A stretch of DNA of 64,000 bases from Euryarchaeota archaeon UBA182 (GTDB taxonomy: Archaea > Thermoplasmatota > Poseidoniia > Poseidoniales > Thalassarchaeaceae), in assembly GCA_002495675.1 (NCBI GenBank), contig DAGH01000002.1, forward strand, positions 24,259 through 88,258, given 5' to 3'. Positions 18,165 to 27,797 of this stretch are shown piece after piece. Numbering within the stretch: position 1 is the stretch's first letter; each line of letters opens with the position of its first letter. Below the pieces are notes generated by a model. That model saw only the letters and a list, made by a program, of their open reading frames with translations. It had not been told where the DNA came from and did no database searches. Made by a program: the position numbers and the translations under genes.

Positions 18165-19835
18165 TCACTGACTTGATTGCTTGAAATTCTTCCGTTTACG
18201 AACCCTCTCCATGTACCGACTGTAATTCCCCGGCCATACAACCACATTGCCATTGCCTGGAACCTCCCAGATTGTATCGCATATCTTGTCGAGAAACCAT
18301 CTATCATGGCTGACCGTAATTATACTCCCATCATATCTTATCAGAGCCTCCTCAAGAGCCTCTTTTGCATCTGTGTCTAGGTGGTTAGTCGGCTCATCTA
18401 AGAGGAGAAGATTATTCTCTTCAAGTAGCAATTTTAGTAGTGCGATGCGGGCTCTTTCACCACCGCTCAATGAGCTTAATTTTGTACCAACCATGTCTTT
18501 AGTGAATTGAAATTGGCCCAACAAAGCCCTTATTTCACCATAATCCATTCTAGGCTTCAAAAATCTGATTTGTTCTATTGGTGTGAGGTCGAAATTTAAT
18601 GATCTATGGTCTTGATGGAAGTAACCTATCTTGACCCCTGGCCTGACATCAATCTCCCCTTCGTCGAGTTTCAGTTCCCCCATTATAGTCCGCAGAAGGG
18701 TGGTCTTGCCGGCCCCATTACCTCCCACAACACCTATTTTCTGACCTCTTCTTACTCCAATTTCAACGGAGTCAAAAATAGGCCGATCCAATTCGCTGAA
18801 AGTTAATCTTCCCTTCTTTATATCGAGGACTTCTAGGCTGGATTTCTCGCTGGATTCCAAAGAAAATTTGAGTCCTCTACGAGATTTGGGTTTCATGGAT
18901 CTTAGCCACTTCAATTCACGCTGAGCCCGATTAATCATCACATGCTTCTGTGAAATCGACTTGTCGTATTTGTTTGCTGATTTCATAGATTGAACCGCAC
19001 CTTTCAATCGTCGAAGCTCTTTTTGGGTTTTTTGAATGCGATCATCCAAGGTCTGTAAGAAAAGGGCTTTTTGTTTCAAAAAAGAAGAATAATCCCCTAC
19101 GTAACCTTTCACATGGGCATCTTGCACTTCTAGTACCGCGTTGCAAATCCTATCGAGAAAGTACCTATCATGACTGACAACGACTATCGCTCCCTCGAAA
19201 TCCAACAGGAACTGCTCAAGCCAATCTAATGTTTCCAGGTCCAGGTGGTTTGTTGGTTCATCCAAAAAAAACACTTCTATCTCTGATAAACCAACGAGTT
19301 GTCGAGCAAGGGCTACCTTTGCCCTTTCACCGCCCGATAACAATTCGAGTTGAGTGTCCATAGGATGTTGAGATAGATCAAGGGCTCGAAGTATTTCCTG
19401 AGCCCTGCTAGCAACATTCGATCCACCTGATTTGGCATTCATACTCTGCAACTCTTGATATCGATCGATATCCGCCTGCCAATCACCATCGTAGAACGAG
19501 GGGTCCGCCATTCTTCCCTCGATATCGGCCAACTCGGCATCTATTTCCTCAAATTGTCTTCCCTTTCGTTCCAGTTCCTGTTCCAAAGTGGCTCCTTCAT
19601 CAATATCTCTGACTTGGGTAAGGAAAGCAATCCTCAATCCCGGAGCGAATGAAATTTCACCGAGATCTTGATCTTGTTCAGAAATAGTTCGCAACAATGT
19701 GGTTTTACCTGCACCGTTGTGGCCAACAATGCCAATCCTGTCCCCTTCTTCAATTCGGACATTTACCCCCTCGAGAACTGTAGTCGGGCCGAACGATCTG
19801 TGCACCCCCTCCAGTCGAATTAACTCTCTAGCCAC
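18165..19835 (-). CDS. ABC-F family ATPase (two ABC cassettes joined by a charged linker, no transmembrane domain)
   Basis: Two Walker A motifs (GHNGAGKTTLL, GGNGAGKTTLL), two LSGGE signatures and two Walker B motifs (FLDEPTNHLD, LLDEPTNHLD). A basic helical inter-domain linker lies between the cassettes. Size is 556 aa. Confidence 0.9.
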   Translation of the reverse strand: MARELIRLEGVHRSFGPTTVLEGVNVRIEEGDRIGIVGHNGAGKTTLLRTISEQDQDLGEISFAPGLRIAFLTQVRDIDEGATLEQELERKGRQFEEIDAELADIEGRMADPSFYDGDWQADIDRYQELQSMNAKSGGSNVASRAQEILRALDLSQHPMDTQLELLSGGERAKVALARQLVGLSEIEVFFLDEPTNHLDLETLDWLEQFLLDFEGAIVVVSHDRYFLDRICNAVLEVQDAHVKGYVGDYSSFLKQKALFLQTLDDRIQKTQKELRRLKGAVQSMKSANKYDKSISQKHVMINRAQRELKWLRSMKPKSRRGLKFSLESSEKSSLEVLDIKKGRLTFSELDRPIFDSVEIGVRRGQKIGVVGGNGAGKTTLLRTIMGELKLDEGEIDVRPGVKIGYFHQDHRSLNFDLTPIEQIRFLKPRMDYGEIRALLGQFQFTKDMVGTKLSSLSGGERARIALLKLLLEENNLLLLDEPTNHLDTDAKEALEEALIRYDGSIITVSHDRWFLDKICDTIWEVPGNGNVVVWPGNYSRYMERVRKRKNFKQSSQ

Positions 19836-19918
19836 GCCATCCCGAGGGTAATGGGGTTGAAGTGGCCATCGGTCATAAGGTCCGATGAATCAAAGAATAC
19901 CCGCCATGGCGTAGAACC

Positions 19919-20158
19919 ATGGAATCCGTCATCAAGATTATTTGGAGGGGAGACCAAAGTGAGATCATAAGGGCGATCGAATCCGTAAAACCAGACGATT
20001 CTGATACCTTTACCATCGAATATGCCACGGTTGAGAGGGATTTTTTTGCAACTATTACAATAAAATCAATGTCACTTTCTTCAGCCAAGGCGACAGCAGA
20101 CGATATCCTTGCCTGTTTGGGCGCCGCATCCGTGACAGCAGATATTCTCAACGATTGA
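19919..20158 (+). CDS. pcc1: KEOPS complex subunit Pcc1-like
   Basis: 79 aa. IRAIESVKPDD...FFATITIKSMSLSSAKATADDILACLGAA resembles the Pcc1 pattern (l.i.i.A.d...lRa..nS.lr.i). The call rests on pattern memory only. Confidence 0.45.
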   Translation: MESVIKIIWRGDQSEIIRAIESVKPDDSDTFTIEYATVERDFFATITIKSMSLSSAKATADDILACLGAASVTADILND

Positions 20159-20231
20159 TCATTAATTTCTCATATTTTGGTCATAAATCGAAAAACACTC
20201 CTTCATATCCCACACGCTGATGGAAGAAGGT

Positions 20232-20321
20232 ATGAACACAGGAACGATACTTGCATTCCTGATCGGCACTTACGCTTCTTTCGCTATTGCCGTGATGGCC
20301 GCCACCCCTCTGCTCGCGTAA
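20232..20321 (+). CDS. Candidate 29-aa single-pass membrane peptide
   Basis: My own reading gives MNTGTILAFLIGTYASFAIAVMAATPLLA-stop, preceded by GGAAGAAGGT. It is too short for the ORF track. Confidence 0.25.
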   Translation: MNTGTILAFLIGTYASFAIAVMAATPLLA

Positions 20322-20385
20322 GTGAGAGAACTGAAGGCCGTACATAATCAGGGACGATTAAATTACTCCTAGTAGAGGGTAGGGT

Positions 20386-21291
20386 ATGGCATTACCCCAC
20401 GACAGGTCGGGCTTGTTGTGGAACGACGGTCCCACTGCCAGGTTCACCAAATCGATGGAGCGCTGGATCAATGCTATGTATTCAGATGACCCATCCGACA
20501 CAGATGTCATTACGGCGGGTCAATCAGTTTCCAGAATAATTGCCAAGGAAGACGGCGTCCTATCAGGAAGGCCGGTTCTTGATTACCTCATTGAAAACTA
20601 CTGCAATGGAGCAACAACAGAGTGGAATTTTACCGAAGGCCAAGGATTTCAGAAAGGGCAGGAGATAGCCTCAATAGTCGCCAAATCTGATGAAATCCTC
20701 AAGATAGAAAGAATATGTATGAACTTGATAACTAGATTGAGCGGCATCGCATCGACGACCTCCAAGTGGAGCGAACAATTGGGAGGGGTATACCTTGCAG
20801 CAACTAGGAAAACGAACTGGGGAGTCCTAGACAAGTGGGCAGTACATATTGGAGGGGGCCTCACTCACCGCCTTGACCGCTCGGACGGGCTGATGATTAA
20901 GGAAAACGATTTTTCGATGTCAAAACTAACTTTGGAAGAAATCCTCTCAACCTTCAGGACAGCAACTGATTTTCCTGTGATCGAAGTAGTGTCATCGGAT
21001 CAGGCATTAAGTGTGGCCAACTCATGGATCGAACTCCAATCTGGACTTTCAACTACATATCAATTAACTTTGATGATGGACAATCTGGGGCCCGAAAATT
21101 GCAGGGAATTCTCTGACAGACTAGTTGATATGGGCCTAAGGCAGAAATTTGTTTTGGAAGGCTCAGGTAGGGTTAGGTGGGAAAATCTGCAGGATTGGGC
21201 ACAGTCTGGTGTGGATGTGGTCTCATCGGGATCGATAACCATGGAGCCTCGCATGATTGATATGACGATGCTGATGGAGGTCTCGAAGTGA
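20386..21291 (+). CDS. nadC: Nicotinate-nucleotide pyrophosphorylase (quinolinate phosphoribosyltransferase)-like
   Basis: AATRKTNWGVLDKWAVHIGGGLTHRLDRSDGLMIKEND parallels NadC DTRKT.PG.R.L.KYAV..GGG.NHR.GL.D..LIKDNH. Confidence 0.75.
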   Translation: MALPHDRSGLLWNDGPTARFTKSMERWINAMYSDDPSDTDVITAGQSVSRIIAKEDGVLSGRPVLDYLIENYCNGATTEWNFTEGQGFQKGQEIASIVAKSDEILKIERICMNLITRLSGIASTTSKWSEQLGGVYLAATRKTNWGVLDKWAVHIGGGLTHRLDRSDGLMIKENDFSMSKLTLEEILSTFRTATDFPVIEVVSSDQALSVANSWIELQSGLSTTYQLTLMMDNLGPENCREFSDRLVDMGLRQKFVLEGSGRVRWENLQDWAQSGVDVVSSGSITMEPRMIDMTMLMEVSK

Positions 21292-22082
21292 CTATCCCTG
21301 ATGATCATCCCAGAAGGAAATCATTGTTATCCAGACAGAAAATAGTCGACGCCCAAGCAGCTGGCTTACTAGCAGACTCCGCACTGATTGCCCATGGTAG
21401 GGGAGAGGCATTCGACTATCTTATCGGAGAAAGGACCACCGATTCTGCAAAAAGGGCTGAGAGGGAGGCATTGAACCGTCTTTTCAGAGCGAAATCGCCA
21501 GTCATTTCAATGAATGGAAACACAACTGTTCTCGCAGGTCGAGAAGCCATTTGCCTTGCGGCGTTGACTGGCAGCAGTGTGGAGATCAACATTTTTTACA
21601 GGACTGATGATAGAATGCGTTTGTTATTGGCTGAGATTCACAGAATGAAAGACTATGTCATGAAAAAATCTCCCTCGGATGAAATCGAGTTAGAAAGGTG
21701 GAAGGATATGGTGAAATCCGTCAAGATACATGGAGAGAATCCTGATGCTAAAATACCACATCTAGAAGGACCTCGAGCACTTTGCTGCTCACAAGGAATC
21801 TTCCAAGCAGATGTCATCCTTGTACCGTTGGAAGATGGAGACAGATGCGAGGCCCTGGTTGCTATGGGAAAGGAAGTTATTGTAGTGGACTTGAATCCGC
21901 TTTCGAGAACTTCAACTACAGCCTCCGTCACTATTGTCGATGAAGTCATAAGGGCTATGCAGCGAATGGTCATTATGGCAGTTGAAGGCCCTCTGAACAC
22001 CGATCAAGACTGGGACAATCGAGCTGCACTCGTGGATGCTCTTGATGAGATAGGAAGATCAACGAAACTACTCTCTTCTTGA
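21288..22082 (+). CDS. 4-phosphopantoate--beta-alanine ligase (archaeal phosphopantothenate synthetase)
   Basis: HPRRKSLLSRQKIVD...LIAHGRGEAFDYLIGERTT...PVISMNGNTTVLAG is the COG1701/DUF137 pattern. The GTG start overlaps the nadC stop (GTGA). Confidence 0.8.
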   Translation: MTIPDDHPRRKSLLSRQKIVDAQAAGLLADSALIAHGRGEAFDYLIGERTTDSAKRAEREALNRLFRAKSPVISMNGNTTVLAGREAICLAALTGSSVEINIFYRTDDRMRLLLAEIHRMKDYVMKKSPSDEIELERWKDMVKSVKIHGENPDAKIPHLEGPRALCCSQGIFQADVILVPLEDGDRCEALVAMGKEVIVVDLNPLSRTSTTASVTIVDEVIRAMQRMVIMAVEGPLNTDQDWDNRAALVDALDEIGRSTKLLSS

Positions 22083-22084
22083 GA

Positions 22085-23269
22085 TCACGCTTTGTCATTT
22101 CTCAGTAATCTTCTGACTCTGTCTGCAATCGCATCACCGACTTCCGAGGTCGTCCCAGTCCCACCAATGTCGTAGGTTTTGGGCCCATCTGAGGAAAGGT
22201 GTTGAGAAATGGCCTGTTGTAGGATATTCCCATACTTGTCCAATAATGGATCATCATGGCGAAGTGAAAGATTCTCCAGCATTAGTTGGAGCGAGGACAG
22301 CATCGCAATGGGATTCACTCGATTCTTGCCAGCGTGCTTTGGGGACGATCCATGCACAGGTTCGAACATCATGTGTTTATCACCTAAATTCGCTGATGCA
22401 GCCATTCCCATACCACCCTGCAATACCGATGCCAAGTCAGTTGCTATGTCGCCGAACATATTTGGAAGGACGACAACGTCAAGGTCTTCTGGGTCCCTTA
22501 CGAGCCACATTGTGAAGGCGTCAATATAGGCCTCCTTTGCCCCGATTTTGGGGTATGATTCAGCAATCTCACGAAAGATGGATCGAAAAAATTGGCATCC
22601 TCTAAGGACATTAGACTTGTCGACGCAAGTCACACTCTGGGGGACGCCCAACTTAGCAGACCGTCGCACAGCAAGATCAAAGCAAAATTTGTGTATACGC
22701 TCACTTCCAGCCCGAGATATGGGTCGCGGGTCCCACCGAACCTCCCCTTCAAGGCCAGGAAATTTCTCGATGATCAGCTTCTCATCCTTCTTTCCAACTG
22801 CGGATTGTGCCATTCTCCTCAAAAGAGAATGATAGAGGCCTTCGGTATTCTCCCTGACCATAACCAAGTCAACCAATGACGACTTCCAAATTTCCTTGTA
22901 AACCCCGTGAACTTTGTGATGAACCCCCTGGTAAAGCTTCACAGGCCTCACATTGGCATACAGATCAAGTCCAGATCTCAGACCAAGGATAACCTCTCCA
23001 CCAGCCACATCCCCGTTTGGAAGCCTGGCATCTGGCCACCCAATGGCTCCAAGCAGAATGGCATCGCTCTCATCTCTGCAGATCTCGAAAGAACCCTCTG
23101 GCCATTGTTCTCCAGTTTCTAGGTAGTGTTGTCCGCCGCATGGAATAACCCTAATTTCAAATTCCACGTCTCCATTTTTCTGGAAGACGTCAAGCACCTT
23201 TAGGGCCTCAGTCATCACTTCTCGACCTGTCCCATCCCCGGGAAGAGCAACGATGCGATACGCGGACAT
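22085..23269 (-). CDS. Isocitrate/isopropylmalate dehydrogenase family (LeuB / tartrate dehydrogenase-like)
   Basis: YRIVALPGDGTGREV, VRENTEGLY and NMFGDIATDLASVLQGGMGMAASANLG are family motifs. The substrate cannot be assigned by eye. Confidence 0.8.
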   Translation of the reverse strand: MSAYRIVALPGDGTGREVMTEALKVLDVFQKNGDVEFEIRVIPCGGQHYLETGEQWPEGSFEICRDESDAILLGAIGWPDARLPNGDVAGGEVILGLRSGLDLYANVRPVKLYQGVHHKVHGVYKEIWKSSLVDLVMVRENTEGLYHSLLRRMAQSAVGKKDEKLIIEKFPGLEGEVRWDPRPISRAGSERIHKFCFDLAVRRSAKLGVPQSVTCVDKSNVLRGCQFFRSIFREIAESYPKIGAKEAYIDAFTMWLVRDPEDLDVVVLPNMFGDIATDLASVLQGGMGMAASANLGDKHMMFEPVHGSSPKHAGKNRVNPIAMLSSLQLMLENLSLRHDDPLLDKYGNILQQAISQHLSSDGPKTYDIGGTGTTSEVGDAIADRVRRLLRNDKA

Positions 23270-23368
23270 CGTACCTCGCAGAATGGAATCCTACATCAAG
23301 CAACCCCTAACAAGAACTAATCTAACAATGCACATTGTTCATAGACGTCCATACGGAGTAGGCCCTTC

Positions 23369-23971
23369 ATGGGTGAGGACGGATCGACCGGTAAAAAGAA
23401 TCCAATAGACATCAAAGGGCTGCCAGACTCCGTGACTACCCTATGTGACGCCATGATGAAGATGGACCCAAATTGGAGCCTGTTAGAATGGCTGGACAGG
23501 CGTGCTGTGGAAGAACTAGAATTGGTCGCCTCCCATCTCGGAAGGGAAAAAATGAGATTAGAACAGAGACTATCGAGGGTTGATGACATTGCCAGACAAA
23601 TGGGTAGGCAAAACGAAGCCAATTCATTGAGCAGACGGGACCCCTTCCAAAGGAACCTATTCGATGTCTACGATGGTGTCAAGAAGACGGAACAACCGAC
23701 CGTTGCTGAAATGTTGGAATCCGCGGCAAATGATGCACCTCCAATCACAGACGATGACCCCATGCTATCTATCATTTCTTTGAGGATATTGGAAATGATA
23801 GAACAAGCCAATGCCGATGGTTGCGAATTCATAACATTGGATGATATTCTCAATGAATTGATACCATCCAGCCTCCAAGAAGAAGAAGTAGACGAGGCAA
23901 TTGCCCATCTCGTTCAGAGGGGGGAAATTATTGAATTCAAATACGGGCAATTCTGCTTAAACCGAAGCTAA
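23369..23971 (+). CDS. Hypothetical protein with a C-terminal winged-helix-like domain
   Basis: 200-aa ORF with acidic, protein-like composition. The C-terminus (ITLDDILNELIP...EAIAHLVQRGEIIEF) looks wHTH-like. No family was recognised. Confidence 0.4.
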   Translation: MGEDGSTGKKNPIDIKGLPDSVTTLCDAMMKMDPNWSLLEWLDRRAVEELELVASHLGREKMRLEQRLSRVDDIARQMGRQNEANSLSRRDPFQRNLFDVYDGVKKTEQPTVAEMLESAANDAPPITDDDPMLSIISLRILEMIEQANADGCEFITLDDILNELIPSSLQEEEVDEAIAHLVQRGEIIEFKYGQFCLNRS

Positions 23972-24108
23972 AGGCTTTACTGAAAGCGGAATCCAATGTT
24001 AAGAATATGGAATTTCGGATATAACCAGAATGGAAGATGTTAACACCTATATCCACTTGGAAAAACCCATACTGCCTAGCGGAGCCGAGAATATAGGAGA
24101 AATCAAGA

Positions 24109-24693
24109 ATGGGAATACATCCTAAAATAGGCATAACAGGATTGCCGAAATCCGGTAAATCTGCGGTCCTCGAGAAGGTTGTAGACATGATTACAAACGA
24201 GAGGAAAGATGAGAGAAGATCGAGAAATGATCGATCTCAAGGAATGCCAATTATTGGGGGGATGAGGACTGAACCAATACTTGAGGATGGCGTCAGAATC
24301 GGATTTGAGTGCGTTGACATAATAACCGGTGATCGTGCAGTAATGGCGCACAGGGACATTGACTCGAGAACTACGATTTTGGGTTTGGGAATCGACCCCA
24401 CCGGATTAGACAAAGTTGCAGTACCAGCCATAGAACGCACGATAGAGACTTGTGAGATGCTGGTTATAGATGAGATAGGAAAATTTTCAGTAGAATCAGA
24501 GGCCTTCGTAAAAGTTGTACGCGCTGCCTTGGAATTTGATATGCCAACAGTTCTAACACTTCACAAGAAGTCCAGGCATCCACTGTTGCAGGATATTAGG
24601 AGAAGAGACGATGCTAGGATACTAGAGGTGACTCCAGTGAATCGTGCATTGTTGCCATATAAAGTCCACAAGCTGGTCAGGGAAACATATTGA
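24109..24693 (+). CDS. Nucleoside-triphosphatase THEP1/NTPCR family
   Basis: IGITGLPKSGKSAV P-loop, EDGVRIGFECVDI, and Walker B LVIDEIGKFSVES. Confidence 0.8.
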   Translation: MGIHPKIGITGLPKSGKSAVLEKVVDMITNERKDERRSRNDRSQGMPIIGGMRTEPILEDGVRIGFECVDIITGDRAVMAHRDIDSRTTILGLGIDPTGLDKVAVPAIERTIETCEMLVIDEIGKFSVESEAFVKVVRAALEFDMPTVLTLHKKSRHPLLQDIRRRDDARILEVTPVNRALLPYKVHKLVRETY

Positions 24694-25106
24694 CCTCATC
24701 AATTGAGTACTCCCCTCCCCTCGGGCCTATCATGGTCACTCCTGCGAGACGAGCTTCTAGGGTCCTCATGGGGTTCACAATCGCACTCATCCTAGTATTC
24801 GCGTTGGGCCTTCGAGGGGGCTGGATGCAGATTACCGAATGCCAGCCACAAAATTGTGGCTATAATTTGACCTCAGAAGTTCTAATAGGACTATTTTCCA
24901 TCTTATCTCTATATGCATGGTGGCTTCTAAAGAAGTCACCGAAAGCCCCCCTCTTGAATAGAATCACTGACGTTTTTGTTGACCTCTCCGAGATAGAATT
25001 GTGGACAAGGCTAGAACAAGAGAGAATTGAAACCAACGATCTTGAGAGAATGTCAGATGCTTGGGCAAAACTCGAAGTTTCGACCATCGAGGAAGATGGC
25101 AAATGA
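24690..25106 (+). CDS. Hypothetical membrane protein (2 transmembrane segments)
   Basis: Two hydrophobic spans (VLMGFTIALILVFALGL; VLIGLFSILSLYAWWLL). A 4-nt overlap with the upstream gene suggests coupling. Confidence 0.4.
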   Translation: MTSSIEYSPPLGPIMVTPARRASRVLMGFTIALILVFALGLRGGWMQITECQPQNCGYNLTSEVLIGLFSILSLYAWWLLKKSPKAPLLNRITDVFVDLSEIELWTRLEQERIETNDLERMSDAWAKLEVSTIEEDGK

Positions 25107-25149
25107 TCAAGCGAAACCTTCACCCTCCGCCTGCCTCCGCGAAGCAATC

Positions 25150-25530
25150 ATGTCATCCATACCAAAGGACCTGAGTTATACTGCTGAACACGAGTGGGTT
25201 AGCATCGAAAACGAGATCGCCACCATTGGCATAACCGATTACGCACAAGACGCGTTGACAGACGTTGTTTGGGTGGAGTTACCAATGATTGGTGACAAGG
25301 TCGAATCTATGGAACCCTTTGCGAGTGTCGAATCGGTCAAGTCCGTATCTGAGATTTATGCCCCCTTATCAGGAGAGGTAATTGAAGTAAACGAGGATCT
25401 CGAAGCAGCACCAGAGACTATCAACAATGATCCATATGGAAATGGATGGATATGCAGAATTAAACTTGATACAGAGGATTTGTCAGGATTGCTTGACCAC
25501 GAGGAATACAGGTCCTTGCTCGGTGAGTGA
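25150..25530 (+). CDS. gcvH: Glycine cleavage system H protein (lipoyl carrier)
   Basis: YTAEHEWV...ATIGITDYAQDALTDVVWVELP...SVESVKSVSEIYAPLSGEV...NDPYGNGW contains the lipoyl-lysine motif. The start is taken at ATG 25150, inside the longer track ORF. Confidence 0.9.
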   Translation: MSSIPKDLSYTAEHEWVSIENEIATIGITDYAQDALTDVVWVELPMIGDKVESMEPFASVESVKSVSEIYAPLSGEVIEVNEDLEAAPETINNDPYGNGWICRIKLDTEDLSGLLDHEEYRSLLGE

Positions 25531-25533
25531 ACA

Positions 25534-26064
25534 ATGCCTCCCCTCCACCTCTATGTAGATGGATCATGCGGTGATAATCGCAACGTAGGTAAGGAAACGA
25601 TCGCCGGATGGGGCGTTTGCATAGTCAGAGGGGACTCAGGAACTGGCAAGGGCCAAGGCGAAGTGATAGAGGAGTTCAGTGGACGAGTCATCACAGATCC
25701 AGAATCCCCAGAATACATGGGTGCGAGTGTCGGCTCGAATAATACCGCCGAATTAACAGCGATAGGACATGCCCTAAGGTGGGCATTGATTGATGGAAAA
25801 AAGGATGCACTGACAATAAGGTCTGATTCCGAGTACGCCTCTAATCTCACCATTGGCATTTGGAAGCCCAAGGCAAACAAAGAACTCGTCCGCCGTATTA
25901 GGTCTTTCTGGAAGGAATGCCTGTTGAACAGGACCGTCACAGTGGAGCATGTCAGAGCCCACAGAGGGCATAGATGGAATGAAAGAGCCGATCACCTTGC
26001 CTTCAGAGCCATGGAAGGCAGGAATCCGGATCCCTTGCAATTCTGGAAGCCCGGCAATCGATAA
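25534..26064 (+). CDS. rnhA: Ribonuclease HI (type 1 RNase H)
   Basis: YVDGSC..., NNTAELTAIGHALRWAL, IRSDSEYA and VRAHRGHRWNERADHLA correspond to the DEDD catalytic motif positions. Confidence 0.85.
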   Translation: MPPLHLYVDGSCGDNRNVGKETIAGWGVCIVRGDSGTGKGQGEVIEEFSGRVITDPESPEYMGASVGSNNTAELTAIGHALRWALIDGKKDALTIRSDSEYASNLTIGIWKPKANKELVRRIRSFWKECLLNRTVTVEHVRAHRGHRWNERADHLAFRAMEGRNPDPLQFWKPGNR

Positions 26065-26604
26065 TCAGGGCTCATTCAGCAAACCCGTCGTGAGCATCGC
26101 ATATGTCCCTTGGAGTACCAGCAATGATGCTATAAGATTCAGAATCAACCCTCCTGCTGGTGGAATAGCCAGCCACTCCCCGACAAACCAGGTAAACAAA
26201 ATCATCATCACACCCGACGCGCATAATAACCTTCCACTTCGCGAAACGTCATTCCACAAACTGAGCCATGGAATAAGCCCATTTGTTCCAAATTTCCATC
26301 TAAACCAGCCGACGTAAAGGCTGAACAAGCCGATTAGTCCAAACACTCCTAGTGTGAATGACTCATCATCCCACGGGCCCGGGGGAGCCCAGCCCACAAT
26401 TAGAACCTCGAACATTATGACGATACCGATGCCAAAGAAGGGCCACCATGTTGATGTCCCGCGACTCATGATGTCCGGTGGCCCTCCTACTTCATGATAT
26501 AACGGGTCGAAGAAGCGTAACGGACATTCATACGGTGGACTTGACATTAGATGGCATGCGAGATCTGCTGGCACCTCTTCACGACCACAAGGGTCGGAAG
26601 ACAC
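26065..26604 (-). CDS. Hypothetical integral membrane protein
   Basis: 4-5 hydrophobic spans rich in Trp/Gly. The start is uncertain, with several in-frame Met codons. Confidence 0.4.
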   Translation of the reverse strand: MSSDPCGREEVPADLACHLMSSPPYECPLRFFDPLYHEVGGPPDIMSRGTSTWWPFFGIGIVIMFEVLIVGWAPPGPWDDESFTLGVFGLIGLFSLYVGWFRWKFGTNGLIPWLSLWNDVSRSGRLLCASGVMMILFTWFVGEWLAIPPAGGLILNLIASLLVLQGTYAMLTTGLLNEP

Positions 26605-26639
26605 CGAGTGAAGCTTCGAGGGCGTGGTTTATCCTGGTC

Positions 26640-26834
26640 ATGACATTCAGCTTAATTGCGGGTTTGGCAGCTTCAGAAGGCAACATAGTGGTAGGCTCCG
26701 CTTGCGGGTTGGTCATTGCCACTGCTTTGCTAAATATTGGTTGGCTCTTGTTGAATACACTAGGAGAGGGCCGAAAAACAGTTGCATTAACTGGAGCAGT
26801 CACCCGCATGCCTGATATGAGTGAGGCTGAATGA
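26640..26834 (+). CDS. Possible small 2-transmembrane protein (internal start of a track ORF)
   Basis: MTFSLIAGLAASEGNIVVGSACGLVIATALLNIGWLLLN... ends 6 nt before the GNAT gene. Support is weak. Confidence 0.25.
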   Translation: MTFSLIAGLAASEGNIVVGSACGLVIATALLNIGWLLLNTLGEGRKTVALTGAVTRMPDMSEAE

Positions 26835-26840
26835 CCTATC

Positions 26841-27290
26841 ATGGGCGTGTCGTATCGATGGGTTGGCATACCCGACACCGCGCACTTAGACCTTAGATAC
26901 AGAGTCCTCAGAGAAGGCATGCCTCGCGAAACCGCAAGATACAATGATGTGGATGATGATCCTAATACAAAATTTGTCGGAGCGTTCATCCATGGGGTAA
27001 TGGTAGGTTGCGCGACACTGCAGTATGACCCCAGAGAGGAAGCTAATCTAAGAATCAGGGGAATGGCAGTGGATCCGGACCACAGAAACAAGGGGATCGG
27101 TTCCAATCTCGTTGGAATGCTCCAAGACTACGCTATTGAATTAGGGACAGGAATATGGTGCAATGCCAGGGTAAAAGCTATGCCGATGTATCAACGAAAA
27201 GGGTTCAAAATAACATCAGAACTATTCGAGATTGCGCCTATTGGAATGCATTATGAAATGCATTGGAGTCCGAAAGATATTGCCAAATAG
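26841..27290 (+). CDS. GNAT-family N-acetyltransferase
   Basis: RIRGMAVDPDHRNKGIGSNLV is the acetyl-CoA binding motif (Q/RxxGxG/A). Confidence 0.85.
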   Translation: MGVSYRWVGIPDTAHLDLRYRVLREGMPRETARYNDVDDDPNTKFVGAFIHGVMVGCATLQYDPREEANLRIRGMAVDPDHRNKGIGSNLVGMLQDYAIELGTGIWCNARVKAMPMYQRKGFKITSELFEIAPIGMHYEMHWSPKDIAK

Positions 27291-27304
27291 ACGGAGGTTG
27301 ATGA

Positions 27305-27730
27305 ATGGTGGAAACAAGGACTCTGAATCAAGACGAGATTGAGGCTATGATGGCAAGGGTCAATTCAGTGCCGATGATGCATACCCTAGATCTAGAGATC
27401 TTGCGCCTAGATCATGGGGAATGCGATGCCAAGGTACCAAGGAAAATTGAGTGGGATGGCATATACCAAACCATGCATGGGGGTATCTTAGCAACAATAG
27501 CAGATTCGGTTACCTGCTGGGCAATACTCACCCAGATAGGAGCAAAAGAGAAAGTGGCAACTACCGACTTCAACATCAGATTCCTGAGGCCATGTTTGAC
27601 GGACGCGTTGTGTCATGCGCGTGTGGTAAAACTTGGTAGAACACTTTGCGTAGCTGAGGCTGATTTGCTAGATACGAACGGCCGCAAGGTCGCAGTCGCA
27701 CAAGCGACCTATGCCCGCTTGCACGATTGA
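27305..27730 (+). CDS. PaaI/hotdog-fold thioesterase
   Basis: NSVPMMHTLDLEI...MHGGILATIADSV...TTDFNIRFLRP is the PaaI pattern. Confidence 0.8.
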   Translation: MVETRTLNQDEIEAMMARVNSVPMMHTLDLEILRLDHGECDAKVPRKIEWDGIYQTMHGGILATIADSVTCWAILTQIGAKEKVATTDFNIRFLRPCLTDALCHARVVKLGRTLCVAEADLLDTNGRKVAVAQATYARLHD

Positions 27731-27797
27731 ACAATTTTCAGTATTTTATGTAGAAATACGACTATATAATTTTAAGATGCCTAGATGTTTTACTAAC

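Noticed and set aside
19873-20151. 92-aa minus-strand ORF opposite the Pcc1-like gene
   Set aside because: The plus-strand frame has the recognisable Pcc1-like pattern and a sensible divergent-promoter arrangement. The minus frame has no motif.
26579-27106. 175-aa minus-strand ORF
   Set aside because: It is fully antisense to the GNAT acetyltransferase, which has a clear acetyl-CoA motif.
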